Assembly: GCA_949300365.1 (NCBI GenBank)
Contig: CASGEC010000001.1
Location: 249,980 to 313,979, forward strand
DNA length: 64,000 bases
DNA from: an uncultured Bacillota bacterium
GTDB taxonomy: Bacteria; Bacillota_I; Bacilli_A; RFN20; CAG-288
Direction: 5' to 3'
Below the pieces are notes generated by a model. That model was not told the origin of the DNA, did no database searches, and worked only from the letters and a program-made list of their open reading frames with translations. The number at the start of each line of letters is the position of its first letter. Positions within the stretch are counted from its first letter, which is position 1. A program made the translations under genes and the position numbers. Below are positions 26,512 to 36,418 of the stretch, one piece after another.

Positions 26512-27618
26512 TCAGAATTGGCTGTCGCGATGAAGCTGACGAAGGCTATCCTCATCAAGAAGGTTCAACAGGTCATCTGATGTCGTGAGAACCTTGTCTT
26601 GGAGCTGGCGATGGAAATCGTTGAGAATCCTGTCCGTGAGATCGTGGGAAGGTGTTTCCACAAAGAGACCATTGCTCTCTTCCTGGATAAGGGCCACAAG
26701 AAGACGGCGCAGGTAGACAAGGGTAGAGCTTTCGATCCAGAAAGCCATGTCCTTGTGCGGGTTTCCTTTTTGGAAGCGGAGGTATTCCCGATAGGGGAGA
26801 AGGGCATCCTCGGGCGTGCTGTGTGTGTCGAAGAAATAGGTATCGAAGCTCTTGGCTTCCTCTTTTCCTAAGAAGGCAAAGGCATCGTCCTTGATGATCG
26901 TGAGTTTCTTTGCTCCGAATTGGGGAAGGATGTTTTTCTTGAAGAGGGCGATGACGTTGGGATCCTTTTCCACGACGACCACTTCCTGGACATCCTTCTT
27001 TCTCAGCACCATGTAAGGGAAATAGCCAAGGCCCAGTCCCAAGGCCAGAACCCTTCCGTGGGCCAAACAGATACCCTCCTCCATCGTCCTGATTTCATAG
27101 GGGGTGACGCTCATCCAGACGTGGTCTTTCTCTTCGACAAGCGGATAGTCGACTCTCTTGTCGAAATAGCCGAGGAAATCGACGGGAAGATAAAGATCTT
27201 CCTTCCTGGCTTTCGTCTGGTCATAGAGGAAGGCTTCATAGGGGAGATAGTAGTTCTTGGTCAGATGCCACTTTCCTTCCTTTCTGTCCTGGAAGCGGAT
27301 GTTTTTGAGATACGGATTGGAAAGGAATTCCCTTTCGTCACGCCTTACCATCTTCTGGATGGCCGTGTTCTTTTCGATGCTCTTGAGCTCCTCATCCTCC
27401 GGATCGATGTCCAACACGGAGAGGAAGGCGGGGTAATAGGCATCCTCAAGCGAGCAGGAAAGCTCCTTTCTCAGACGCTGAAGAAGGGAGATATCGATAG
27501 CATCGAAACGATCGGTGAGGAAGGTCGACAGCAGATCGGAAGCCTCTTGGGAGTAGGCATGGATATCAAGAAGCCTTTCCAGGGTCTCCTTGCCATTTTT
27601 GTCCAGTTGAAATTTCAT
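26512..27618 (-). CDS. Spermidine-synthase-fold / class I SAM-dependent methyltransferase-like protein with a unique N-terminal domain
   Basis: GRVLALGLGLGYF (motif I), VVVVEKDPNVI (acidic end of beta-2) and IIKDDAFAFL (motif IV-like). 368 aa. Confidence 0.55.
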   Translation of the reverse strand: MKFQLDKNGKETLERLLDIHAYSQEASDLLSTFLTDRFDAIDISLLQRLRKELSCSLEDAYYPAFLSVLDIDPEDEELKSIEKNTAIQKMVRRDEREFLSNPYLKNIRFQDRKEGKWHLTKNYYLPYEAFLYDQTKARKEDLYLPVDFLGYFDKRVDYPLVEEKDHVWMSVTPYEIRTMEEGICLAHGRVLALGLGLGYFPYMVLRKKDVQEVVVVEKDPNVIALFKKNILPQFGAKKLTIIKDDAFAFLGKEEAKSFDTYFFDTHSTPEDALLPYREYLRFQKGNPHKDMAFWIESSTLVYLRRLLVALIQEESNGLFVETPSHDLTDRILNDFHRQLQDKVLTTSDDLLNLLDEDSLRQLHRDSQF

Positions 27619-27741
27619 ATCCCTATTCTAACAGAAAAAAGAGATACCGGTCCTTACGGGTTCTTTACCGTCTTTTTGGGACAAAGCGGTTTTTTGTGGA
27701 TTCGTGCCATCCTAGAATAAGGGCCATCTTGGAGGTCACCC

Positions 27742-28533
27742 ATGCCAGCGAATTATGCGCATTATCGATTCGGACAGCTTGTCCTGACATCCCTTCCCAT
27801 CGAGGAGAGGAAGCTCGTCCTCTACGCCATGGATTCCTTCAATGTCGGTATCCATGGACCGGATGTCCTTTTCTACTACAAGCCGCTTTGCCAAAACGCG
27901 ATCAATCAACGCGGAAACAGGTTGCATGAGGAAATGGCTTTTCCTTTTTTTGAAAAGGCAAAGGAAATCTATCAAGGAAGGAACTGTCCGGAAGAGGATC
28001 TCTCTTACCTCTTCGGATTCATCTGCCATTTTGTCCTGGATAGTGTCTGCCATCCCATTGTCGAAAAGACGATGAAGGACAAGGACGTCCCACATGTTCT
28101 GGTCGAGTCCTCCTTCGACAGGAAGCTTCTTGAGAAGACCGGAAAGGATCCGGAATCCTTCGATACGACACAGCATATCCAACTGAACGAGACAACCATC
28201 CAGGACCTTGTCTCCTATCTCTCCCTAGGAAGAAACGAAGCCCAAAAATGCCTTCGCTCCATGCGTTTCTATTCCCATCTGCTCCGACCGAACAATCCCC
28301 TCAAGAGAGCCTTCCTGCGCCTAGGGACGAAAGGCTTTGGCGTCTATGATTCGGTCTACAAAATGGTGATTCCGGAAAAGAACTACCATGAACTAAATGA
28401 GAGCGATTCTCTGCTTTATCGGAAGATGAATGAATCCGTCATGATGGCCGTGTCCTTGATAGCCAACTATAGTCTTTATGTCAAGGATGGTGCCGCATTG
28501 GACGAGCGTTTCAAGAGGAACTACGAAGCATGA
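27742..28533 (+). CDS. Zinc-dependent phospholipase C-family-like protein
   Basis: N-terminus MPANYAHYRFG, then FNVGIHGPDVLFYY, FICHFVLDSVCHP and a His-rich pattern typical of PF00882-like proteins. Confidence 0.55.
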   Translation: MPANYAHYRFGQLVLTSLPIEERKLVLYAMDSFNVGIHGPDVLFYYKPLCQNAINQRGNRLHEEMAFPFFEKAKEIYQGRNCPEEDLSYLFGFICHFVLDSVCHPIVEKTMKDKDVPHVLVESSFDRKLLEKTGKDPESFDTTQHIQLNETTIQDLVSYLSLGRNEAQKCLRSMRFYSHLLRPNNPLKRAFLRLGTKGFGVYDSVYKMVIPEKNYHELNESDSLLYRKMNESVMMAVSLIANYSLYVKDGAALDERFKRNYEA

Positions 28534-29867
28534 AAAACGAAAACACAGGAAAGATCAGAAGGCGTTTCTTCAAGGATTCTCCCTTGGAAATCCGGTGGAT
28601 CCTCTACGATGTCGGTAACTCCGCCTTCACCCTTCTTGCCAGCGCCATCATCCCTATCTATTTCAGCAGCATCGCCACTTCGGGAGGACTGACCGATGCC
28701 GATGCCACGTCCTTGTGGGGATATTCCGCCAGCATCGTCACGCTCATCGTCGCAATCCTGGGACCGATCCTTGGCACGTTCTCCGACTACCGCGGATTCA
28801 AGAGGCCGCTATTCTTTCTTGCCGCAACCCTTGGCATTCTCGGCTGTCTAAGTCTTTCCGTTCCGATGCCCTATGTCGCATTCCTAGTCGTCTATATCTT
28901 TGCCAAGATCTTCTACTCGGTCTCCCTTATCTTCTATGACTCGATGCTGGGCGATATCACGACGCTTGAGAAGGCGGACGACATCTCTTCCAAGGGCTAT
29001 GCTTTCGGCTATATCGGAAGCTGCCTCCCCTTCCTTGTCTCCGTCGCCCTTGTTGTCCTTTCCGGCTTGGAAGCAGGCATTACGATGCCGATAGCCTTTG
29101 GGATCAATGCCTTGTGGTGGCTTGGCTTCACGATTCCCCTTTTCCTCTCCTATCGCCAGAGGCACTCCGTTCCCAGAAGGCCGAAAGCCGTAAGGGACAA
29201 CTTCCGCCGTCTCTTCAGCGTCTTCTCGAAGAAGCACAATCTTGTCAATCGCAAAGGCATCCTTCTTTATCTTGTGGCTTTCTTCTTCTATATCGATGGC
29301 GTTTATACGATCATCGACATGGCGACAAGCTTCGGCACTGCCCTCGGCTTTGATTCCACCCAGCTTCTTCTCGCCCTCCTTGTGACCCAGGTCATCGCCT
29401 TCCCGGCCGCCCTCGTCTATGGAAAGCTCGCCAAGAGAATCCCTAACGACCTTTTGATTTTCATTGGCATCCTTGCCTATACCGGGATTGCCATCTTTGC
29501 CATCTTCATGAACCAGGTCTGGCAGTTCTGGCTTCTGGCCTGCGTGGTCGGTCTTTTCCAAGGCGGCATCCAGGCCCTGTCCCGCTCCTATTTTGCCAAG
29601 ATCGTTCCCGAGGAGGAATCGGGTTGTCTTTTTGGTATCCTCGACATCTTCGGAAAGGGCGCCTCCTTCCTGGGCACTTTCCTTTCGGGCCTTGTCATCG
29701 ACCTGACGGGGAACATCAACATGGGCGTCATCCCCATCGCCTGCCTTTTTGCTATCGGCATCGTCGCCTTCCTCTTCTCCTGCAAGGAAAACCGGGCCTT
29801 TCTTGCCACAAGGAAGACCTTTGATGACAAAAAGAGACAGGAGGATAGGGAGAAATGCGGGGAATAG
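28530..29867 (+). CDS. MFS transporter, UMF1 (Atg22-like) family
   Basis: IRWILYDVGNSAFTLLASAIIPIYF is a signature N-terminus, with a profile of about 12 TM helices. The start overlaps the upstream stop (ATGA). Confidence 0.8.
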   Translation: MKNENTGKIRRRFFKDSPLEIRWILYDVGNSAFTLLASAIIPIYFSSIATSGGLTDADATSLWGYSASIVTLIVAILGPILGTFSDYRGFKRPLFFLAATLGILGCLSLSVPMPYVAFLVVYIFAKIFYSVSLIFYDSMLGDITTLEKADDISSKGYAFGYIGSCLPFLVSVALVVLSGLEAGITMPIAFGINALWWLGFTIPLFLSYRQRHSVPRRPKAVRDNFRRLFSVFSKKHNLVNRKGILLYLVAFFFYIDGVYTIIDMATSFGTALGFDSTQLLLALLVTQVIAFPAALVYGKLAKRIPNDLLIFIGILAYTGIAIFAIFMNQVWQFWLLACVVGLFQGGIQALSRSYFAKIVPEEESGCLFGILDIFGKGASFLGTFLSGLVIDLTGNINMGVIPIACLFAIGIVAFLFSCKENRAFLATRKTFDDKKRQEDREKCGE

Positions 29868-29951
29868 AGTAGGAAACACCCTCGAAGGTGGCCATGATTG
29901 GTCGCTATATATCCTTATATATAAAAAAGTTCGGAAATATCGATTTTTTTG

Positions 29952-29980
29952 TTGACTGCCCTTTTGGGAAATGATAGGAT
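29952..29980 (+). promoter_or_regulatory. S10-operon promoter TTGACT-17-TAGGAT with an upstream A/T-rich UP-like tract
   Basis: ttgact at 29952-29957 and taggat at 29975-29980, preceded by tatatataaaaaagttcggaaatatcgattttttt. Confidence 0.6.
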
Positions 29981-30117
29981 AGTTTCCGCTGAACGCCATT
30001 TCAGCCCGTATTGACGTGTGAAGTTGCCGAAACGCCGACAGCGGTTGTCGATGTATTCGGGTAATTCATACTGAACGGATGCCTAAACAGAGATCTTAGG
30101 CAAGGAAGGACACAAAC

Positions 30118-30429
30118 ATGGCAGAAAACAAATCCATCAGAGTTCGTCTCAAGGGCTATGACCACAAAGTCCTTGACCAGGCGGTCGCAAAGATCGTCGA
30201 AGCCGCCAAGAAGACCGGCGCTCAGGTAGTCGGACCGATTCCGCTTCCTACCGAAAAACAGATCTTCACCATTCTACGTTCACCCTTCGTCGACAAGGAT
30301 TCTCGTGAGCAGTTCGAAATTCGCACTCACAAGAGACTGATCGACATCAACCGCCCGACCAAGCAGACCATCGACGTTCTCAAGAACTTCGATCTCCCTG
30401 CCGGAGTCGATGTTGAAATCAAACTCTAA
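30118..30429 (+). CDS. rpsJ: 30S ribosomal protein S10
   Basis: [17 protein letters not shown]...; first gene of the S10 operon. Confidence 0.98.
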   Translation: MAENKSIRVRLKGYDHKVLDQAVAKIVEAAKKTGAQVVGPIPLPTEKQIFTILRSPFVDKDSREQFEIRTHKRLIDINRPTKQTIDVLKNFDLPAGVDVEIKL

Positions 30430-30450
30430 ACAAAGGAGGAGAGAGGATTT

Positions 30451-31236
30451 ATGAAATCCATCATCGGAAGAAAGATCGGAATGACTTCCGTCTTCACCGA
30501 GGACGGTCACACGTACCCTGTTACCGTCGTCGAAGTCCTGCCGAACGTCGTTCTCCAGAAGAAGACCAAGGAGAAGGACGGCTATGAAGCCCTGCAGGTC
30601 GGCTATGAGGACAAGAAGGAGAGCCGGGCCAACAAGTGCGAACTCGGAATCGCCAAGAAGGCCAATACCGCTCCGAAGTATGTCGTCCGCGAAATCGAAG
30701 GCGACGAGATCTATCCCAACCACGAAGTCGGCCAGTCCATCGACTGCTCGATCTTCCAGGTCGGCGACATGGTCGATGTCACGGCCAAGAGCAAGGGCCA
30801 TGGCTATAGCGGCGTCATCAAGAGATACCACGCTCACATCGGTCCCAAGGCCCATGGTTCCGGCTATCACAGACAGATCGGTTCCTTGGCCACCAACGGC
30901 CGTTGCAACAACAGGGTCCACGCCGGCAAGATGATGTCCGGACAGTGGCGCCCGCAGACGACGACCATCCTCGATCTTCCTGTCGTCAAGGTCGATCCCG
31001 AACTCAACTGCATCCTCATCCGCGGTTCCGTTCCCGGACCGAAGCTTGCCGTCCTGAAGATCCGCACTGCCGTCAAGAGAACCTGCAAGAAGTTCCCTGT
31101 CGGTGCCATCGTCGACTACAGCAAGGAATCCATCGCCGATATCGAGAAGAAGAATGCTGAAGCCTTGGCCAAGATGGAAGTCAAGAAGGAAAAGGCTGGC
31201 CAGAAGAAGCAGACGACCAATAAGAAAGTCCATTAA
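30451..31236 (+). CDS. rplC: 50S ribosomal protein L3 (C-terminal K/E-rich extension)
   Basis: GRKIGMTSVFTEDG...; 261 aa, longer than typical L3. Confidence 0.97.
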   Translation: MKSIIGRKIGMTSVFTEDGHTYPVTVVEVLPNVVLQKKTKEKDGYEALQVGYEDKKESRANKCELGIAKKANTAPKYVVREIEGDEIYPNHEVGQSIDCSIFQVGDMVDVTAKSKGHGYSGVIKRYHAHIGPKAHGSGYHRQIGSLATNGRCNNRVHAGKMMSGQWRPQTTTILDLPVVKVDPELNCILIRGSVPGPKLAVLKIRTAVKRTCKKFPVGAIVDYSKESIADIEKKNAEALAKMEVKKEKAGQKKQTTNKKVH

Positions 31237-31257
31237 TCTGGCTAAGGAGAAACTGAC

Positions 31258-31917
31258 ATGGCTAACGAAACAAAGAACACCCTCAACCTGCCTGTCCTGA
31301 ACTACCAGGGCGAAAAGGTTGGCGAGGTCACCCTCCCCGAAGAGCTCTTCGGCACCGAGGTCAATGAATATGTCGTCCAGAGAGCCGTCCGCGTCGACCT
31401 CTCCAACAGAAGAGTCGCCACGGCCAAGACCCTCGACAGAAGCGAAGTCCACGGAAGCAACAAGAAGCCCTATGGACAGAAGCACACCGGTCGCGCAAGA
31501 GCCGGCACCACCAACTCTCCGATCTGGAGACACGGCGGCGTCGTCCACGGCCCCAACGGCGAGCAGAGCTACAAGCTCAAAATGAACAAGAAGGAACACT
31601 TCGTCGCCTTCACCTCCGCCCTCTCCGACAAGGCCAAGAGCGGAAACATCATCGTCCTCACCGACGAGGAATTCACTTCCGGCAAGACCAAGGACTTCGT
31701 CAAGGTCCTCAAGGCCATTAATGCCGACGAGAAGAAGAACCTCCTTGTCCTCTATGGCGTCGATGAGAACCTCATCCGGGCCAGCAAGAACATCCCTTCC
31801 GTCTCCCTTACCACTGCCGACAACGTCTCCGTCTACGATGTCCTCAACGCCAACAAGCTGATCCTTGTCAAAGGCGTCATCCCCACCGATGAGGACCACA
31901 AGGAGGAAGCTAAGTAA
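31258..31917 (+). CDS. rplD: 50S ribosomal protein L4
   Basis: KPYGQKHTGRARAGTTNSPIWRHGG motif; operon position. Confidence 0.97.
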   Translation: MANETKNTLNLPVLNYQGEKVGEVTLPEELFGTEVNEYVVQRAVRVDLSNRRVATAKTLDRSEVHGSNKKPYGQKHTGRARAGTTNSPIWRHGGVVHGPNGEQSYKLKMNKKEHFVAFTSALSDKAKSGNIIVLTDEEFTSGKTKDFVKVLKAINADEKKNLLVLYGVDENLIRASKNIPSVSLTTADNVSVYDVLNANKLILVKGVIPTDEDHKEEAK

Positions 31918-32402
31918 TGGCTGAAGAAACCAAGAAGGTCGCGGAAGAAGTCGCCGAGACCGCTGAAGAGAAGAAGACGACCCGCAAGAAGGCCGCCAGC
32001 AAGAAGGCTCCGGCCAAGGAAGAGAAGGCCGAAGAGAAAACCACTCCGGAATTCACCTTCCGCCCGGCCATCCTCAAGGACTTCGAAATCCTCAAGCACA
32101 TGATCATCACCGAGGAGAGCCAGGCCCTGCGCGACAAGGAAAATGCCCTTGTCTTCGCCGTCGACACCAAGACCACCAAGCTCGAGATCAAGAGAGCCGT
32201 CCAGGCCATCTTCGGCGCCAAGGTCAAGTCCGTCAACACCATCAACGTCCGTCGCAAGCCCAAGAGAGTCGGACGCTACTCCGGCTTTGTCCCTGCCTAC
32301 AAGAAGGCCATCGTCCGCTTCGATTCTTCCTTCGATCTGGGTAAGATCCAGGAAGCCGTCGCCACGGAAGAGATGAAGGCCACTCCGACCGAAGAGAAGT
32401 AA
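31917..32402 (+). CDS. rplW: 50S ribosomal protein L23 (about 50-aa N-terminal K/E/A-rich extension)
   Basis: Core ILKHMIITEESQAL...KIQEAV, preceded by MAEETKKVAEEVAETAEEKKTTRKKAASKKAPAKEEKAEEK. Confidence 0.95.
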   Translation: MAEETKKVAEEVAETAEEKKTTRKKAASKKAPAKEEKAEEKTTPEFTFRPAILKDFEILKHMIITEESQALRDKENALVFAVDTKTTKLEIKRAVQAIFGAKVKSVNTINVRRKPKRVGRYSGFVPAYKKAIVRFDSSFDLGKIQEAVATEEMKATPTEEK

Positions 32403-32429
32403 ACGAAAAGCACATTATAGGAGAACAAA

Positions 32430-33260
32430 ATGGCAATCAAGCAATATAACCCGGTAACCCCGGGTATGAGACATCTCTCCACCCTTGCCACCAACGATCT
32501 CACGAAGAAGGCTCCTGAAAAGGCTTTGCTCGTCCCCCTGAAGAAGACCGGCGGAAGAAATTCCCAAGGCTACATCACCTGCCGTCACATCGGCGGCGGC
32601 CATAAGAAGATGTACCGTCTTGTCGACTTCCGCAGGGCTGGCGAGAGCGAAAGCGTTGTCAAGGCCATCGAGTACGACCCCAACCGCAACTGCCGCATCG
32701 CCCTTGTCATCGACAAGAAGGGCAAGAAGAGATACATCCTCTGCCCGAAGGGACTCCAGGTCGGCCAGACGGTCACCGATGGCAAGACCGGCGAGATCAT
32801 CGTCGGCAACTGCATGGAGCTCGGCAGCATCCCCGAAGGTATCGTCGTCCACAACATCGAGCTCGAGCCCGGCAAGGGCGGCCAGGTCTGCCGTGCTGCC
32901 GGAACCGGTGCCCAGATCCTCGGTAAGGAAGAGAAGTACGCCACGCTGAGACTCGCTTCCGGTGAAGTCCGCAAGTTCCTCCTCACCTGTCGCGCTACCA
33001 TCGGCAACGTCGGAAACGAGGATTACAACCTTGTCCATAAGGGCAAGGCTGGCAGAACCCGCTGGCTCGGTGAAAGACCGACGGTCAGAGGTTCCGTCAT
33101 GAACCCGAACGACCATCCGCACGGCGGTGGTGAAGGTAAGTGCCCTATCGGACACGATGCTCCGAGATCACCTTGGGGCAGAAGACTCATGGGCGTCAAG
33201 ACCCGTTCCCACAAGGCCAGAAGCAACCGTCTCATCGTCAGAAGGCGCAACGCCAAGTAA
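32430..33260 (+). CDS. rplB: 50S ribosomal protein L2
   Basis: [13 protein letters not shown] and [12 protein letters not shown] motifs. Confidence 0.98.
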   Translation: MAIKQYNPVTPGMRHLSTLATNDLTKKAPEKALLVPLKKTGGRNSQGYITCRHIGGGHKKMYRLVDFRRAGESESVVKAIEYDPNRNCRIALVIDKKGKKRYILCPKGLQVGQTVTDGKTGEIIVGNCMELGSIPEGIVVHNIELEPGKGGQVCRAAGTGAQILGKEEKYATLRLASGEVRKFLLTCRATIGNVGNEDYNLVHKGKAGRTRWLGERPTVRGSVMNPNDHPHGGGEGKCPIGHDAPRSPWGRRLMGVKTRSHKARSNRLIVRRRNAK

Positions 33261-33279
33261 TCCAGGAGGAGAATGACAC

Positions 33280-33570
33280 ATGTCTAGAAGTCTCAAAAAG
33301 GGTCCTTACTGCGATCCTCGTCTTCTCAAGAGAGTCCAGGAGCAGAACAAGACCGGAAACAAGGAAGTCATCAAGACCTGGTCCAGACGTTCGACCATCT
33401 TCCCCGACTTCATCCAGCACACGATCTCTGTCCACAACGGCAGAGCCTTCGTCCCCGTCTACATCACCGAGGACATGGTCGGACACAAGTTGGGCGAGTT
33501 CGTCTTCACCAGAACCTTCACCCATCATCGTTCCGGCTCCGATAGCACCACCGAAGGTGCCAAGAAGTAA
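33280..33570 (+). CDS. rpsS: 30S ribosomal protein S19
   Basis: [12 protein letters not shown]...[23 protein letters not shown]. Confidence 0.98.
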   Translation: MSRSLKKGPYCDPRLLKRVQEQNKTGNKEVIKTWSRRSTIFPDFIQHTISVHNGRAFVPVYITEDMVGHKLGEFVFTRTFTHHRSGSDSTTEGAKK

Positions 33571-33581
33571 GGAGATAGAAC

Positions 33582-33977
33582 ATGGCTGCTAAAGAAAAGA
33601 AAACTGCCGCCCAGGAAGATAACAAGCCGCTCCGCACCGAGAGCAAGGCCGAACTCAACAATTACGGCGCTACCCCCAGAAAGGTCCGCCTTGTCATCGA
33701 TCTCGTCCGCGGCAAGGATATCGACGAGGCCTACGACATCCTCGAGAACACCCAGAAGATCTGCGCCCGCGACATCAAGAAGCTGATCAAGTCCGCCGAA
33801 GCCAACGCCGTCAACAACTTCCATATGGACCGCGATTCCCTCTACGTCGCTTCCATCACGGCCAACGATTCCATCAAGCTCAAGAGAATCCTGCCTCGTG
33901 CCAAGGGTTCCGCCAGCGGACTCGTCAAGAGATGGTCCAACATCTACGTCACGCTTAAGAACAGGGAGGCCAAGTAA
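33582..33977 (+). CDS. rplV: 50S ribosomal protein L22 (short N-terminal extension)
   Basis: TPRKVRLVIDLVRGK...; operon position. Confidence 0.96.
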   Translation: MAAKEKKTAAQEDNKPLRTESKAELNNYGATPRKVRLVIDLVRGKDIDEAYDILENTQKICARDIKKLIKSAEANAVNNFHMDRDSLYVASITANDSIKLKRILPRAKGSASGLVKRWSNIYVTLKNREAK

Positions 33978-33979
33978 AA

Positions 33980-34774
33980 ATGGGACAGAAAGTCAATCCT
34001 AATGGCCTGAGATTGGGCATCAACCGCGACTGGAACAGTCACTGGTATGCCGACAAGAAGCACTTCGCCTCTTATCTCAAGGAAGATATCGACATCCGCA
34101 GATATCTGGAACCGAAGCTCGACAAGGCCGATGCCGGCTTAAGCCACATCGACATCGAGCGCGTCAAGAACGATATCACCATCACCATCCACGTCTCTCA
34201 CCCGGCGATCGTCATCGGCCAGGATTCCGCCAACATCAAGAGCATCAAGGCGAACCTCGTCAAGATGCTCAAGAAGAATCCCGACAACATCAAGATCGCC
34301 ATCGTCGAAGTCAAGAACCCGGATCTCGATGCCGTTCTCGTCGCCAAGGACATCGCCAAGCAGATCGAGCAGCGCGCTTCCTTCCGCGTCGTCCAGAAGA
34401 AAGCCATCCAGCGCGTCATGAGAGCTGGTGCCAAGGGCTGCAAGACCATGTCCAAGGGTCGTCTTGGCGGTGCCGAAATCGCCCGCTATGAAGAGTATCG
34501 CGATGGCGTCCTCTCGCTCCACACCCTCCGTCAGCCCATCGACTATGCCCATGTCGACGCCCACACCACCTATGGTGTCATCGGCATCAAGGTTTGGATC
34601 GCTCTTCCCGAGAACTACAAGGAACTGCGTGAAAAGCGTCCGGAGACCAATCGCTTCGGAAGAGGTCGCTTCAACCGCGACAGAAGACCCAACAACGGTC
34701 CTAGGACCAACAGGCCGGCTGCTCCCGCCGCTACTCCCAATCCGGCCAAGGATGCTGGTCAAAAAGGAGAATAA
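33980..34774 (+). CDS. rpsC: 30S ribosomal protein S3 (C-terminal R/P/N-rich extension)
   Basis: MGQKVNPNGLRLGINRDW...; 264 aa. Confidence 0.98.
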   Translation: MGQKVNPNGLRLGINRDWNSHWYADKKHFASYLKEDIDIRRYLEPKLDKADAGLSHIDIERVKNDITITIHVSHPAIVIGQDSANIKSIKANLVKMLKKNPDNIKIAIVEVKNPDLDAVLVAKDIAKQIEQRASFRVVQKKAIQRVMRAGAKGCKTMSKGRLGGAEIARYEEYRDGVLSLHTLRQPIDYAHVDAHTTYGVIGIKVWIALPENYKELREKRPETNRFGRGRFNRDRRPNNGPRTNRPAAPAATPNPAKDAGQKGE

Positions 34775-34776
34775 GG

Positions 34777-35196
34777 ATGTTACAGCCTAAGAAAACCAAG
34801 TGGCGCCGTTCCCATCTCGTGCGCCCCAAGAATCAGGCTTCCAGAGGCAATACCGTCGCTTTTGGAGCCTATGGCCTTTGCGCCACGGAGGGAGGATACA
34901 TCACCAACCGTCAGATCGAGGCTGCTCGTGTCGTCCTCTCCCGCTATACCAAGAAGACCGGCAAGCTTTATATCCGTGTCTTCCCCTACCTGGGCATCAC
35001 CAAGAAGCCGCTTCAGGTCCGTATGGGTAACGGAAAGGGTCAGGTCGAAACCTGGGCTGCCGTTATCGAGAAAGGCATGGTCATGTTCGAAATCGCTGGC
35101 ATCAGCGACGAAGACGCCAAGCATGCCCTCCATCAGGCCGGATACAAGCTCTCGGTCAAGTCCCGCGTCATCAAGAAAGGCGAGGTATTGAGATAA
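34777..35196 (+). CDS. rplP: 50S ribosomal protein L16
   Basis: MLQPKKTKWRRSH...RMGNGKG. Confidence 0.98.
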   Translation: MLQPKKTKWRRSHLVRPKNQASRGNTVAFGAYGLCATEGGYITNRQIEAARVVLSRYTKKTGKLYIRVFPYLGITKKPLQVRMGNGKGQVETWAAVIEKGMVMFEIAGISDEDAKHALHQAGYKLSVKSRVIKKGEVLR

Positions 35197-35411
35197 TGAC
35201 TATCGAAGATGTTAGAAATCTTTCCGACAAGGAACTCAGCAAGAAGGTCTACGAGCTGAAGAGCAATCTTCTCACCCTTCGCTTCCAAGCCAAGGCTGGC
35301 CAGCTCGACAACGGCAACAAGATCCGTCAGTGCCGCAAGGACATCGCCAAGTGCCTCACCGTCGAAAACGAAAGAAAGAAGGCCAAGGCTCTCGAAGGCC
35401 AGGCCAAGTAA
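35196..35411 (+). CDS. rpmC: 50S ribosomal protein L29
   Basis: LSDKELSKKVYELKSNLLTLRFQ; the start overlaps the rplP stop. Confidence 0.95.
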   Translation: MTIEDVRNLSDKELSKKVYELKSNLLTLRFQAKAGQLDNGNKIRQCRKDIAKCLTVENERKKAKALEGQAK

Positions 35412-35422
35412 GGAGATCGCGC

Positions 35423-35701
35423 ATGGCTAACGAAAACGAACAGGTCCACAAGACCTCCAACAGAAGGCAACTCCAGGGCAAGGTCATCAGCCACAAGATG
35501 CAGAAGACCATCGTCGTGGAGACCGAAGTCAAGAAGGCCCACCCCATCTACAAGAAAAGAGTCTCCATCCGCAAGAAGTTCAAGGTCGACGATCGCAAGG
35601 ACGAGGCCCAGGTCGGCGATATCGTGGTGTTCGAGGAGTGCCGTCCTCTCAGCCACGACAAGCGCTTCCGTCTTGTCCAGATCGTGAAGAAGGGAGAATA
35701 A
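35423..35701 (+). CDS. rpsQ: 30S ribosomal protein S17
   Basis: The ATG at 35423 follows a GGAG SD. RRQLQGKVISHKMQKTIVV... The track start at 35330 was rejected. Confidence 0.96.
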   Translation: MANENEQVHKTSNRRQLQGKVISHKMQKTIVVETEVKKAHPIYKKRVSIRKKFKVDDRKDEAQVGDIVVFEECRPLSHDKRFRLVQIVKKGE

Positions 35702-35704
35702 GGC

Positions 35705-36079
35705 ATGGTCCAGAACGAAACTAACCTCGTGGTCGCCGACAACTCCGGTGCCAGATCCGTCCGGGTCTTCCGCATGCTCAGGGGCAGCTTCCGTCGCAAC
35801 GCCTCTGTCGGAGACGTCGTCGTCTGCGCAGTCAAGGACGCCATCCCCAACGGCAAGGTCAAGAAGTCCGAAGTCGTCAAGGGTGTCATCGTCCGCGTCA
35901 AGAAGGGCTATCAGAGAAAGGATGGCTCCACCATCCGCTTCGATGACAATGCCGTCGTCCTCATCAACGAGGACGGAACCCCCAAGGGTACCCGTGTCTT
36001 CGGTCCTGTCGCCCGTGAACTTCGTGAGAAGGGCGATATGTTCATGAAGATCGTCTCCCTGGCGGTCGAGGTTCTCTAA
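35705..36079 (+). CDS. rplN: 50S ribosomal protein L14
   Basis: [14 protein letters not shown]... Confidence 0.97.
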   Translation: MVQNETNLVVADNSGARSVRVFRMLRGSFRRNASVGDVVVCAVKDAIPNGKVKKSEVVKGVIVRVKKGYQRKDGSTIRFDDNAVVLINEDGTPKGTRVFGPVARELREKGDMFMKIVSLAVEVL

Positions 36080-36098
36080 GCCAAGGAGGTACGGAATC

Positions 36099-36407
36099 AT
36101 GAAAATCAAGACAGGCGACATGGTCGTTGTCATTAGCGGCCAGTACAAAGGCGCCAAGGGCAAGGTTCTCAAGGCCTTCCCCAAGACCGAAGAGGTCATC
36201 GTCGAAGGCGTCAATGCCAGGAAGAAGCATGTCAAGCCCAACCAGGCCAACACGCAGGGACAGATCAAGGACATCAACGCCCCGATTCATGTCTCCAACG
36301 TTGCCCTTGTCGATCCCAAGACCGACAAGAGGACCAAGGTCGGCTACAAGCTTCAGGATGGCAAGAAGGTCCGCTTCGCCAAGGCAAGCGGCACCATCCT
36401 CAAGTAA
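36099..36407 (+). CDS. rplX: 50S ribosomal protein L24
   Basis: [27 protein letters not shown] motif. Confidence 0.97.
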   Translation: MKIKTGDMVVVISGQYKGAKGKVLKAFPKTEEVIVEGVNARKKHVKPNQANTQGQIKDINAPIHVSNVALVDPKTDKRTKVGYKLQDGKKVRFAKASGTILK

Positions 36408-36418
36408 GGAGAGAGAAC

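Noticed and set aside
26334-26558. 74-aa ORF at the edge of the AT-rich island.
   Set aside because: It overlaps the 3' end of the 368-aa methyltransferase-like gene. Its AT-rich codon usage is unlike real genes here, and it has no SD.
29895-29950. AT-rich quasi-palindrome ctatatatccttatatataaaaaag, considered as a possible dif/XerCD site or replication-related element.
   Set aside because: It does not match Bacillus dif (ACTTCCTAGAATATATATTATGTAAACT) or streptococcal dif-SL beyond generic TATA content. It sits where an UP element of the strong S10 promoter is expected.
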